Shown: positions 28,551-42,148 of the stretch, one piece after another
Position numbering within the stretch: position 1 is the stretch's first letter
Layout of the letters: each line of letters opens with the position of its first letter
Origin: Eledone cirrhosa
Taxonomy: Eukaryota
Assembly (NCBI GenBank): GCA_964016885.1
Contig: OZ024742.1
Coordinates: 179,366,001 to 179,430,000 of the forward strand
Reading direction: 5' to 3'
Length of the DNA stretch: 64,000 nt
The notes under the pieces: model-generated
Seen by the model: the letters and a program-made list of their open reading frames with translations, nothing else
Database searches by the model: none
What the model was told of the DNA's origin: nothing
Position numbers and translations under genes: made by a program

Positions 28551-28600
28551 GAACTGTACTGATGAAGGGTAATACCCAGAAACATTAGTGTCTGCAATTC
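28551..28600 (+). ncRNA. Type I hammerhead motif between direct repeats 28224-28330 and 28629-28730
   Basis: gaactgta-CTGATGA-a-gggt(aat)accc-a-GAAA-cattagtg-TC-tgcaattc. Confidence 0.8.
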
Positions 28601-28729
28601 TGTTTACATGCCAACACAAGAGCAAGAATGAGGGGTTCATTCTACTGACATGGCTTTAAAAATGAGGCTTGTTTGCATAATTACAAACGAATTGTATATT
28701 ATTATTAATATTCGAAAATCTCAGATTAC

Positions 28730-28792
<63 letters not shown>

Positions 28793-28867
28793 GTGTGTGT
28801 GTGTGTATGCATGTATATATGTATGTGTGTGTATGTATGTATATATGTATGTATGTATGTATGTATG

Positions 28868-31360
28868 TCAGGTCACCAGTTGGTGCTACTGGTAACATGT
28901 ATCCCAGTACAACCTGTCTCATGGTCGGGCCGTTGGCGACTAAACTGGCAACCCCACCAAGGTTTCTTGCTGAGGAGGGTGACTTTGGACATCCTGCAGG
29001 ACTAAAAACAAAACCTATCAAAGGGCAAAGGAACTCTTAAGAGTTAATGGCCATCCAAAATCACCGGGAGAGATGACCCCTTAGCCTTTGTCAAGGCAGA
29101 ATTCTAGGAGAATATTTTGGTAAATATCATCTTGGTTAAGAGAGTGGAACTGGCTTTGTGCAGTGCCTTTGCTCACTATAAAAGCTTCACGGCACAGGCA
29201 TTGCTTTACATCTGGAGATCTCTCTGCACTGGTCATCACATGGTACCATGGACCCAGCACTATGTGTCAGTAATTGTCAATAGTGTAGTGTTTGTACCAG
29301 AGCTTTCAAGTCGCTGGCTGGACTAAAAAGTCACACTCGTTCAGCGCATCGGTAGGGGTTCTCCTACATGGATATAAAGTAGTGGCCGTACTCGAAAACG
29401 AGTTGGCAGCCACCATGTATGTATGTATGTATGTATGTATGTATGTATGTATGTATGTATGTATGTCAGGTCACCAGTTGGTGCTACTGGTAACATGTAT
29501 CCCAGTACAACCTGTTCCATGGTCGGGTCGTTGGCGACTAAACTGGCAACCCCACCAAGGTTTCTTTGTGAGAAGGGTGACTTTGGACATCCTGCAGGAC
29601 TAAAAACAAAACCTGTCAAAGGGCAAAGGAACTCTTAAGAGTCAATGGCCATCCAAAATCACCGGGAGAGATGACCCATTAGCCTTTGTCAAGGCAGAAT
29701 TCTAGGAGAACGAAAACTCTGATATAACACCTGCAACCCTGATGATATCCAATGATGTTGACTTGTTCTTCTTTTTGGTAAATATCATCTTGGTTAAGAG
29801 AGTGGGATGGCTTTGTGCAGTGCCTTTGCTCACTATAAAAGCTTCACTGCACAGGCATTGCTTTATATCTGGAGATCTTTCTGCACTTGTCGTCACATGG
29901 TACCATAGGCCCAGCACTATGCGTCAATAATTGTCACAAGTGTAGTGTTTGTACCAAAGTTTTCAAGTCGCTGGCCGGACTGAAAAGTCACACTCGTTCA
30001 GCGCATCGGTAGGGGTTCTCCTACATGGATATAAAGTAGTGGCCGTACTCGAAAACGAGTTGGCAGTCACCATGTATGTATGTATGTATGTATATATGTC
30101 AGGTCACCAGTTGGTGCTACTGGTAACATGTATCCCAGTACAACCTGTCCCATGGTCGGGTCGTTGGCGACTAAACTGGCAACCCCACCAAGGTTTTTTG
30201 GTGAGGAGGGTGACTTTGGACATCCTGCAGGACAAAAAAAAAACCTGTCAAAGGCCAAAGGAGCTCTTAAGAGTCAATGGCCATCCAAAATCACCAGGAG
30301 AGTAGACCCCTTAGCTTTTGTCAAGGCAGAATTCTAGGAGAAGGAAAACTCTGACATAACACCTGCAACCCTGATGGTATCTAATGATGTTAACTTGTTC
30401 TTCTTTTTGGTAAATATCATCTTGGTTAAGAGAGTGGGACTGGCTTTGTGCAGTGCCTTTGCTCACTATAAAAGCTTCACGGCACAGGCATTGCTTTATA
30501 TCTGGAGATCTCTCTACACTTGTCGTCATATGGTAACATGAGCCCAGCACTATGTGTCAATAATTGTCACAAGTGCAGTGTTTGTACCAGAGTTTTCAAG
30601 TCCCTGGCTGGACTAAAACGTCACACTCGTTCAGCGTATCGGTAGGGCTTCTCTTACATGGATATAAAGTAGTGGCCGTACTCGAAAACGAGTTGGCAGC
30701 CACCATGTATGTATGTATGTATGCATGCATGTTTGTATATATGTATGCATGCATGTATGCATGAATGCATGCTTGTATGTATGCATGTATGTATGTATGT
30801 ATGCATGTTTGTATGTATGTATGTATGTATGTATGTATGTATGTATGTATGTATGTATGTATGTATGTATTCCGGGAGAGATGACCCCTTAGCCTTTGTC
30901 AAGGCAGAATTCTAGAAGGAAAACTCTGATATAACACCTGCAACCCTGATGGTATCCAATGATGTTGACTTGTTCTTCTTTTTGGTAAATAGCATCTTGG
31001 TTAAGAGAGTGGGACTGGCTTTGTGCAGTGCCTTTGCTCACTATAAAAGCTTCATGGCACAGGCATTGCTTTATATCTGGAGATATCTCTGCACTTGTCG
31101 TCACATGGTACCATGGACCCAGCACTATGTGTCAATAATTGTCACAGGTGTAGTGTTAGTACCAGAGTTTTCAAGTCGCTGGCTGGACTAAAAAGTCACA
31201 CTCGTTCAGCGCATCGGTAGGAGTTCTCCTACATGGATATAAAGTAGGGGCCGTACTCGAAAACGAGTTGGCAGCCACCATGTATGTATGTATGTATGTA
31301 TGTATGTATGTATGTATGTATGTATGTATGTATGTATGTATGTATGTATGTATGTATGCA
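28868..31360. repeat. Tandem array of about 550-600 bp units (3 full + 1 partial) separated by (ATGT)n
   Basis: Units start caggtcaccagttggtgctact at about 28869, 29467 and 30100, and end gagttggcag(c/t)cacc-(atgt)n; the fourth starts internally at about 30871. Confidence 0.92.
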
Positions 31361-31924
31361 TGTATGTATGTATGTTTGTTGTTTTGGATCCTTTATAACT
31401 GCAGAAATATCACAAATCCCACCTGACTACTAATCGCATTTTAATGATTTTAATGGTGTCGGTCATTTTGTTTTTGTTTTTCCCCCGATTTTGTTTATTT
31501 GTTTATCTGGTTTGGGTTTTTTTCCAATTGTTCCTAGTTTGCACTCAGACCGAATGTATCGTTCGCCTTTCTTTTACTTGTACTCTTTTAATCTTTTACT
31601 GGTTTTAATATTAAACTTCGGCTGTGCTTTAGACCCACCCTGAAGAGATTTACTCAGTTATATCGAATCCTATACTTACATTTTTAAGTATGCTACTTAT
31701 TTATTTAACTTTTGTCGAAATGCAAGGTTATTAGATATAATTAAACAGTAAACGCAAGCGCAGTCACGGTAACAAACAAACAAACACACACACATACATA
31801 CATATATATATATATATATATGTGTGTGTATATATATATGTGTGTATGTATGTATATATATATATATATATGTATATATACAATTGAATATATGATATAT
31901 ATTTATATATATCATATATTCAAT

Positions 31925-31958
<34 letters not shown>

Positions 31959-32202
31959 CATACATACATATATATATATACACACACATATATATATATA
32001 TATGTGTATGTATGTGTGTGTGTTTGTTTGTTTGTTTGTTTGTTTGTTTGTTTGTTTGTTATGTGTGTATGTATGTATATATATATATATATGTATATAT
32101 ACAATTGAATATATGATATATATATATATATATATATATCATATATTCAATTGTATATATACACATATATATATATATATACATACATACACATATATAT
32201 AT

Positions 32203-32450
<248 letters not shown>

Positions 32451-32661
32451 ACATGTATATATATACAATTTATATAGATATGTATGAATGTGTGCCCTGG
32501 TTATTTTAAACCTGATGGAGCCTATTTTTTTCTAGGTCTAGACACAACCGACTTATTCCAGAAATGGGAGACAGAGACAGAGAGAGTGGGGGCAAGTGAG
32601 AGAAAGAGAGAAAGATTGTATGTGTGTAAGTGTGTATGTGTGCTTGTGTGTGTGTGTGTGT

Positions 32662-32745
<84 letters not shown>

Positions 32746-33129
32746 TAGAGAATAAGTGAGAAAGAGATATAGAGGAAGAATCAGCCCGAGTACTAGTCTA
32801 TTACATTTTTTATCGACCTCAAAAATTGAAGTCGGTCGGATTTTAACTCAGAGTGCTGAGTGCTGGAATGGATACCGCATAACATACAAGACATTCTAAC
32901 GACTCTGTCAGTTCGACCCTTGGTTTATGTTTTAGTTGAACACCGAAGTGTTGCATAAAACTGTTGGAGCACCCTCACTGCTTCATTTCTAATGTTTACG
33001 TTTTTACATTCATTTAGACCTAAATGGTAGATTCGATATTTGCATGGGAAATATATGTATCACATTATTTTGAATTCCGATAAAGTGTTCTTGAAATTAA
33101 ATCATTTTAACAAATAAAGCTGGTTTATT

Positions 33130-33700
33130 CAGTTCAAGCTTAAAGGGGAAATGTATGTTTCGAATCTAAAGCATAAAAAGGAGAAGTCGGGTTAAATAAT
33201 AGAAAATTGATAATAAAAAAAATACACTTATATTACGATTAATGAGGAAACAGGAGTAAATGAATTAGACAAAGTACATACTTAACAAACACTAAGGAGT
33301 CAATAAACTAGACACACTAAAATACACACTAATGAAAGAAAAAGTTGGGAAGGAATATTTAAGCGCCTTAGATCAATAAGTGAAGAAAAGCTAAATAAAG
33401 ATGTATACATCATTAGGAGTAATAAGTTACGGTTATAAGATTTTAGCTGTCCAAGTAACAGTTAGAGTTATAATATTCTTAACTGAACGCTAAATGAACG
33501 ATCAGGACTATATTAGAGAAATAGCGACTGCATTTATAATACAGCAACCGGAATCTGACATAGAAACACTATAGTTGCCAGGAACACACTGGGACAGGGG
33601 CTTTATACAACTGGTAAACTATTATAAAATATTTACTGTAAAACTACAATAACAATGAAAAACTAATAGCAATAGCTAAAAATATATGAACAAAAATAAA
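33130..33700 (+). pseudogene. Highly decayed R4/Dong-like LINE RT fragment
   Basis: MKEKVGKEY..LRSI and DIETL*LP....RGFIQL resemble MRERIRKEYYRRVRAI and DRIYLPRKEGGRGLFQL in 52659-53531. Confidence 0.5.
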
Positions 33701-34852
33701 ACTGACTTCTGTTTTCAAGGAAGCCAATAACTACAAAACGTACTGAAATAAAGGCACCCTTATCTTAAGGTGTTTTTCTTTTCTTGCCATTACAGCTGTC
33801 TCAATGTGCCTACCATCTATGTTCACTTTTTATCACCTTGTCATTAAAACAAGATATAGCCGGTTGAAAAATTTCGTCGGTTTCCTGGTCGGCTCTTCAA
33901 ACGCAAGATGGGTTATATGATTTTACGTTTGAGGAGCTGCATTTGATGGGCCCTGGAAACTGTTGTGGTTTTAGCTTGTCTAGCTCTTTTGAGAAGAAAG
34001 ACCTTAAATGACCTTTACTACCACATATGCAGCAGTTGGACCTTTTAACATAATGCTTGGTTATAAAGATTTTCTCTCAGCACACACTACAGGGTACAAT
34101 TCTCAAGTGGTTTTCTGAGCTTGTGGGATCATCAAGACTTGTAAGTTTTTAGCTAGCCCAATTGAATATATATCGCTAAAACTCGTGCTAGTACTGACCC
34201 ATGCACACATTGTGCTACGAAATTACCTATAAACTAAGAGCCAAGGTCATCACCGATGCCTTTTATCAAAGTCACTCACATATTTCTTCGTCCAATCTAC
34301 AATTGTCTATACTCCTAACTGAGGTTGTCTCTTCGTCCGTCTTCAATTTTAGTTTTAAAAACAAGTCGGATAGTACCATATACTTTTCTTCGCCTAGTGT
34401 AGAACATCCCTTTCTACATATCGGCAACAAAAAAAAAACAACAGCAGCAGCAATAATAATAATAATAATGCTTTCTTTATTAGCCAAAGGCACTTATATA
34501 TATATTGCAAAACATGTCAGAGAGAAGGGTCAAATCATAGACAACGAAGGAGGTGGTAGAGAAACGTGATGCAATATGTAAATCAAGTTGGAAATTAAAT
34601 ACAACATAAATATATAAACGAATGACGCAATTCACAAGAATTACAAAATAGAGTTCTCAAATGAATAAGAACGAAATTCGAGAAACTAGCTTTACTATAT
34701 AGATAAACACAACAGGAGCAACCGCGCGGTTTCGCGTTCAATCCCACTGAGTGGTATCTTGGGTAAGTGTCTTCTACTATATTACCATAAGATGAATTCA
34801 CTAATGCCTTGTAAATAAAATTTGGTAGACGGAAACTTAGTAGAAGCCCATC

Positions 34853-34888
<36 letters not shown>

Positions 34889-35619
34889 CGAAGGAAATGT
34901 GGTAAGGAACCAGGTGGACCATAACGCACCAAAGTACTCAATACTTAGGGTAGTAGAGTGGGTAATGGGAACGAGTAGGACCCCGACGGCTGAGCTCAAG
35001 CCGTTTCGACATATATATATATGGGCTTCAACTCAGTTTCCGTCTACCAAATTTCATTTACAAGGCAATAGTGAATTCATCTTATGGTAATATAGTAGAA
35101 GACACTTACCCAAGATACCACTCAGTGAGATTAATAGTTATTGAAACGGTTAGTACTTTATATTTTTTATCTTGTATTTTCCATTTGTTTCAGTTTAAAT
35201 CTGTCAAACCAACGTGGTCTTTCAACCCTTGTAAATTTAAACACACAATTTACTGTATTTATTTCTATATATATTATATATATTACATATATATATATAT
35301 AGATATATTGTAATATAATTGTTTCTACTTTAGGCACAAGGCCAGCAATTATCCAGTGCATTACTGGTACTTTATTTTATCGACCCCGTAAGGATGAAAG
35401 GCAAAGTCAACCTCGGCGGGATTTGAACTCAGATCGTAAAGGGACGTAACTATGCTGGAAAGCATGGCGTCCGACCCTCTACCGATACTGCCAATCCACC
35501 GCCCCATTATATTGTAATATAATGAAACGAAATTTCATTTCTCACTCTTAGTACGGGCCGTTAATTTTCATAAGGAAAGTATATACTTTCGAACGTTCAA
35601 CTATCTGGCAGAAGGGTAT

Positions 35620-35662
35620 ACGGTGCTGATGATAGCTAACAAGCTTGAAACTAGTACATCGT
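35620..35662 (+). ncRNA. Minimal hammerhead, first of a tandem pair
   Basis: acggtg-CTGATGA-t-agct(aaca)agct-t-GAAA-ctag-TA-catcgt. Confidence 0.85.
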
Positions 35663-35811
35663 TCCTGTGTCAGTGTTGAACAAAAAGGTGACGTGGTTGC
35701 CTTAACACCGTATGGCATAAATCAGGCTGTTCGCTTGTTTACAAACGAACAAAGCGGGCGTTATAATAAACGTTCGCTAAACTGATACGTACATATATAT
35801 ATGTGTACCTG

Positions 35812-35848
<37 letters not shown>

Positions 35849-36181
35849 TCTTTTACTTTTATACTCTTTTACCTGTTTCAGCCATCCGGCTGAGGCCATG
35901 CTGGGGCACCGCCCTTGATATATATATATATATATATATATATGCATGCTACTGTACGTCTGTATACATATATGTATGTACGTATACATACATACTTAGA
36001 TTTAAGTAAGTGCCGAACTAAGAGTGAGAAATGAAATTTCGTTTCATTATATTACAACTTATCGTTTTCGGTACGCCTGGCCGACTTAACTCACTCGATA
36101 TGCAAATTAGGCTGCTCAGCCGTTAATTTTCATAAGGAAAGTATATACTTTCGAACGTTCAACTATCTGGCAGAAGGGTAT

Positions 36182-36224
36182 ACGGTGCTGATGATAGCTA
36201 ACAAGCTTGAAACTAGTACATCGT
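36182..36224 (+). ncRNA. Minimal hammerhead, second of the tandem pair
   Basis: Identical to 35620-35662, 562 nt downstream. Confidence 0.85.
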
Positions 36225-36373
36225 TCCTGTGTCAGTGTTGAACAAAAAGGTGACGTGGTTGCCTTATCACCGTATGGCATAAATCAAGCTGTTCGCTTGT
36301 TTACAAACGAACAAAGCGGGCGTTATAATAAACGTTCGCTAAACTGATACGTACATATATATATGTGTACCTG

Positions 36374-36433
<60 letters not shown>

Positions 36434-36507
36434 TGCTACTGTACGTCTGTATACATATATGTATGTACGTATACATACATACTTACATATATAGATATAG
36501 ATATATA

Positions 36508-37312
36508 CAAAAAGTTATGAAACGAAAGGAGCTGGGTGGTTACTAAAAACAAGGTTTAGGATGGTGGTTAGGACGGAACAGGAGGAGAAAGGAATTTCCA
36601 TCTTCAGCTGTAAATGTATCCCGAACCGATGTTTCGGCGCTGAATTACAGGACATCGGTGTAGTTCGGGTGTGCCTGAGGCCTTTTATTGATCAAAAGGC
36701 CAGGTGGAAAAGAAGAGAGAAAAAAGGAGAGAGAAAAGGAAAGAGAGGAAAAGGAGGAAGAACAGGGGGGAAAAGATGAGGAGAGAAGAAGAAGGGGGAA
36801 AATAGGAAAGGAATAGAAGAAAAAAAAGTGTACAGATCCCATCGTGGGAAGACACAGGTGAAAGAAACATGCAAAAAAGTAACCGTGGAAAAATAGGGAA
36901 AGTAAGTTGTGGCCAACCTGGGAGACTTTAGCCTGGTGGTCAGCTACCACTCAGAGCTTGTATAATCGTGCTGCCTCTCGCATAGACAGGAGCAAGTGAG
37001 AGAGAGACACGGGCAACAAAAAGTGAGGAGGCGAAGGGAAAGGGAGATAATCCACGACGGTGGTTAAAACGTGCCGCAAAGATTGCGGACAGAGAGGCCA
37101 GTATGGCACGTGTAAACATGTCAACAATCAAAACCGAACGAACGGATAGAGAGAGAGAGGGAGAGAGAAAAAAAACGAGAATGAGGAGGAGAAGGGAAGA
37201 GAGAAGGGAGGGTCGATGCGAAAGTGTGGAGGGTACACAGATCGACCAAAGCAGGTAGGGTCACAGCGGTAAATAAAAAAAGTTATGAAACGAAAGGAGC
37301 TGTGTGGTTACT
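36508..37312 (-). mobile_element. Non-coding Penelope-style repeat with short terminal direct repeats; second copy 47650-48217 (+)
   Basis: aaaaagttatgaaacgaaaggagctg.gtggttact at both ends, flanked by (TA)n; no ORF. Confidence 0.7.
36598..36659 (-). ncRNA. Candidate non-circularly permuted hammerhead (family 1)
   Basis: Reverse complement: accgatg-TC-ctgtaa-ttcAGCGcc-GAAA-catcggt-tcgggatacat-ttacag-CTGAAGA-tgg. Confidence 0.7.
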
Positions 37313-37318
37313 ATATAT

Positions 37319-37424
<106 letters not shown>

Positions 37425-37670
37425 TTACGGGGTCGATAAAATAAAGTACCAGTAATGCATTGGGTAATTGCTGGCCTTATGCCTAAAGTAGAAACAATTA
37501 TATATATTAGAATTGTGCTCTGAAATAGCGATGTATACATGAATGTATGTATAGTATATCTGGCAATATACCGTATGTTTAATTAAAAACATTTTGAAGA
37601 CCTTGCGCTATTATGTTAAAGTAGTGACTATGTCACTTACTTCTTTTTTTCAGCAAAGGAAGAGAGATAA

Positions 37671-37711
37671 GCTGACAGATTCTGTTTCACACTGTTGGTG
37701 TTCCTCAGAGC
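37671..37711 (-). ncRNA. Type I hammerhead motif within complex inverted repeat 37510-38160
   Basis: Reverse complement: gct-CTGAGGA-acac(caaca)gtgt-GAAA-cagaatctg-TC-agc; the plus-arm copy at 37991-38031 has GC instead of TC. Confidence 0.75.
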
Positions 37712-38291
37712 AACGTACTCCCCGACCTCTGCCGAAAAAGAAGTAACTGACATAGTCACTACTTTAAAATAATAGCGCCAGGTCTTCAAAATGCTTTTAA
37801 TTAAATATACGGTATATTACGAAATATACTATACATACATTCATGTATACATCGCTATTTCAGAGCACCAATCCTAATTTTTAATTTTTGCTGGACCGGC
37901 AACCGCTCTGTTTAATCAGTTCATGAATATTACTGGAATTCTATAAGAATCTAGCCTCTATAATTTTCGGCAGAGGTCGGGGAGTACGTTGCTCTGAGGA
38001 ACACCAACAGTGTGAAACAGAATCTGGCAGGTTATCTCCCTTCCTTTGCCGAAAAAAGAAGTAAGTAACATAGTCACTACTTTAAAATAATAGGGCAAGG
38101 TCTTCAAAAGGTTTTTAATTAAACATACGGTATATTACCAAATATACTATACATACATTCATATATATATATATATATATATAGGAAACTAGTACATCAT
38201 ACTTTTTCCTATTTCCCACTCTACTACCCTAAGTATTGAGTACTCTGGTGCGTTATGGTCCATCTGGTTCCTTACAACAATTCCTTTGTTT

Positions 38292-38331
<40 letters not shown>

Positions 38332-38956
38332 TAATTATTATTATTATTAGAAAGGCAGTGGATTGGTAGTATTTGTAGGGCGTCGGACAACATGCTTTGC
38401 GGTATCGAGTTACGGTCATTTACAGTCTGAGTTCAAATCCGCTGAGGTTAACTTTGCCTTTCATCATTACGGGGTCAATGAAATAAAGTACCAGTAACGT
38501 ACTGGGGTCGATTTAATTGACTTTCTCCTCCCCAAAATTGCTGATCTTGTGCCTCATCAGAAACAATTATTTATAGTGCCAAAAGTAGAAACAATTATTT
38601 ATAGTGCGGTGGATTGGCAGTATCGGTAGAGGGTCGGACGACATTCTTTGTAGCATAGAGTTACGGCCCTTGCCATTCTGAGTTCAAATCCCGCCAAGGT
38701 TAACTTTGCGTTTCATCCTTACGGGGTCGATAAAATAAAGTACCAGTAATGCACTGAATAATTGCTGGCCTTGTGCCAAAAGTAGAAACCATTATTTATA
38801 GTGCGTCGGATAAAATGCCGTTGTGGTATTTTTCTGAACCTTTAGAATCTGATTTCAAATCACACAAAGTTCTACTTTGCTTTTCATCCTTCCGAGGTCA
38901 ATAAAGTAAAGTACTAAATAAAACTGGGCTGGACTTTCCCCTCTCTAAAATTGCTA

Positions 38957-38993
<37 letters not shown>

Positions 38994-38998
<5 letters not shown>

Positions 38999-39272
38999 AA
39001 AAAGAGATGAAATCGAAAATGCAACTGGAGTCTTATTTTTTTTTTAAATATATATATTTATTTGGTTCCTTTACCGGTTTCGCAGTTCTTCTGCTTTTCA
39101 AAAGGTGAGTTGAGATGGAGGGTCTGTGAGAAAAACCACAGACGCTCCATCTCAACTCACCTTTTGAAAAGCAGAAGAACTGCGAAACCGGTAAAGGAAC
39201 TAAATAAATATATATATTTTCTTTTAAAATATGATTCCAGTTGCATTTTCGATTTCATCTCTTTTTCTTTAT
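38994..39272. repeat. Inverted repeat with U3:A8 hammerheads (39068-39105 minus, 39160-39197 plus)
   Basis: cctt-TTGAAAA-gcag(aagaa)ctgc-GAAA-ccgg-TA-aagg. Confidence 0.85.
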
Positions 39273-39328
39273 ACTTCCACTCGTGTAGGACACCTCGGTT
39301 ATTTTTCATTTTGTAAAAAAAACCTCAC

Positions 39329-39419
<91 letters not shown>

Positions 39420-40290
39420 GTAGGAAAGTAACACACTAGTTGATATATATATATATCTACAACAAGAACAACAGCACCAATATAATTTGCTCCTGTTATC
39501 TCACTTATATTTCTCAAAATATTTCGTTTAGTCATGATTTATGACATTTTGTTTAACCTCTTCTTATTATCAGTTGATGAAAACTTAAGCGGATTTTTTT
39601 GGTTTTATCTGAATACCGTTAGAGATATGGAATGGAATGGACCTCAGGCTGTTTTAACGATGACTGTTCGAGTTGTCCAGTCAATGAACAGCCTGTATGT
39701 GGAATCACCTGTAAGCAGCTCATTATTCTACAGATCTGTATATGTAATTTAATTCTCAAAGAAATTCAGGCTTGTGTTATAGAATTAATGGCTGAGGATT
39801 CCACAGGCACGTGTACAAATAAATTACTTAATTCTCAGGTAGATTCAGCGTGACATAGGAACTGGTCCTTTGAATTACGGGTAGAATTAGAATGATAGAT
39901 AGATAGATAGATAGATATATTTCTTTATTAGCCACAGGGGCACAAAAGAAGGGGACAAATACAAAGGGGGAAGTTTACATACAATAAAAACGTGTAAAAT
40001 GTTATCACAGATGGAATTTAAAAGTTAGTCGATTTTCCCCAATAGAGGGAGACAGTTTATATGGGTAACACAGACCCCCGAAAAAAATGTGCAACCCTCA
40101 TCTCCAGGAGGACGAAGAGCTTGTACTCCTTTCCTCTCCTCCTCCTTTTCCTCAACCTACAGGCTGATATAAAGAGAAGGCCCATTCACTCGGGCCATTC
40201 TCGCCACTTTCACCCACCTTTCATAAAACTTGCTGGGGTACAGCACCTCTCTCTCCATCCTGATTCTTCTTCCAAAGTGGTATTTGAAAA

Positions 40291-40341
<51 letters not shown>

Positions 40342-40546
40342 TGTTTCTTTTATTTGCCACCAGGGCATCAAAAGTGGGACAAGTACAATGGGGGGAGTTT
40401 ACAAAACAAGGCGTCATCAATAAGGAGGAGGCAATAACAAAATATAAAAATAAAATAAAATATAACAAAAAATAAAATTTATAACGAAGTCCTCAAGGGG
40501 GTCGCACACACCCCCGAAAAAAAGTGTGCAACCCTTAGATAGGTAA

Positions 40547-40578
<32 letters not shown>

Positions 40579-40761
40579 TATAGTATAGTGCAGTATAGTA
40601 CAGTTTCAAATGAGGGCACAATCCGTTTCAGCTGCCTGGCAGCCAACAACTATTTGAGCGAGAGTACAGTGTAACACTGATCTGTGGTTTTCCCGGTTTC
40701 CGAACCGTGTTGATTTCAGACACACACACTCACAAATATATATATATACACACCCACACAT

Positions 40762-40908
<147 letters not shown>

Positions 40909-40989
40909 CATATACATATATATATGTATATATATATATATATATGTATAGTTAAAAGAATAGAGGTGTGACACACAAGTTATTATATA

Positions 40990-41595
40990 TTGGTAAACGG
41001 AATAGAAAATGCTGACAAATTGTTCACAGTTGAAAAATGGTTTAATTAGGAATAAAAGAGTATTAGTGATTGTATGGGTTAGTATTCAGTTGTGGTTTTA
41101 AGTTTTTAAGTTTTTACCGGTTGCGCATTTCTAAATGCTTTTCAAAAATAATTTTGAGATAGAGTGTCCGTGTTGTTTGCTCTGATCTGATTAGTTTTGG
41201 GAATTCTACCTGTTTTTATGTTAAAAAAGTGGCTCCAGCGTTACTTTGGTGTTGCAAAAATTCTTGTGGTCAAAACAATTTTGATTGGTCGGTAGAGGTC
41301 ATGTGAATGTAAAAAATTGATTTTGCGCCAAGACTGTTTTTATGTTAAAAAAATGGCTCCAGCGCTATTTGGTGTTTGCAAAAATTCTTGTGGTCAAAAC
41401 AATTTTGATTGGTCGGTAGAGGTCATGTGAATAAAAAATTGGTTTTGCGCCAAGATTGAGAAATGACTCTTTCACAACAAATATGTGTGTGTGTGTGTGT
41501 GTGTGTGTAGTAGTAGTAGTAAGGTGTTCGATGTTGTGATAATGGTTAGCAGGGATGTGTGTCAAATGGCTATTAAGATAAGTGTGTGTGTGTGT

Positions 41596-41671
<76 letters not shown>

Positions 41672-41847
41672 CAGAGTAATTCGTGGTGGCAGGGATGGTC
41701 AGTAAGAATGTGTCTGAAAGCAATGGGGGGTATTTGAACATGTCAAAAGATATTTTTCAGCTTTTGTCTTATACGGAGAAGTGCGTGTGTGTGTGTGTGT
41801 GTATAAGTCTCTTTGTATGTTAATGTACGCGTGCGTGTGTGTGTGTG

Positions 41848-41912
<65 letters not shown>

Positions 41913-42058
41913 ACCAGTATTTTTTCCCCCTGGTAAAATGGTGTACATTATTCGATCTTTTCAGTAAAATCGGTTCTCTTAATAGAACATCAAAAATCTT
42001 AACAATAAAAGGTGTGAAATGATAGTCACTACATATATATACACATACATATATTCAC

Positions 42059-42148
<90 letters not shown>

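Noticed and set aside
31635-31680. CTGAAGA..GAAT hammerhead-like string
   Set aside because: No GAAA or stem I; the context looks like a SINE fragment.
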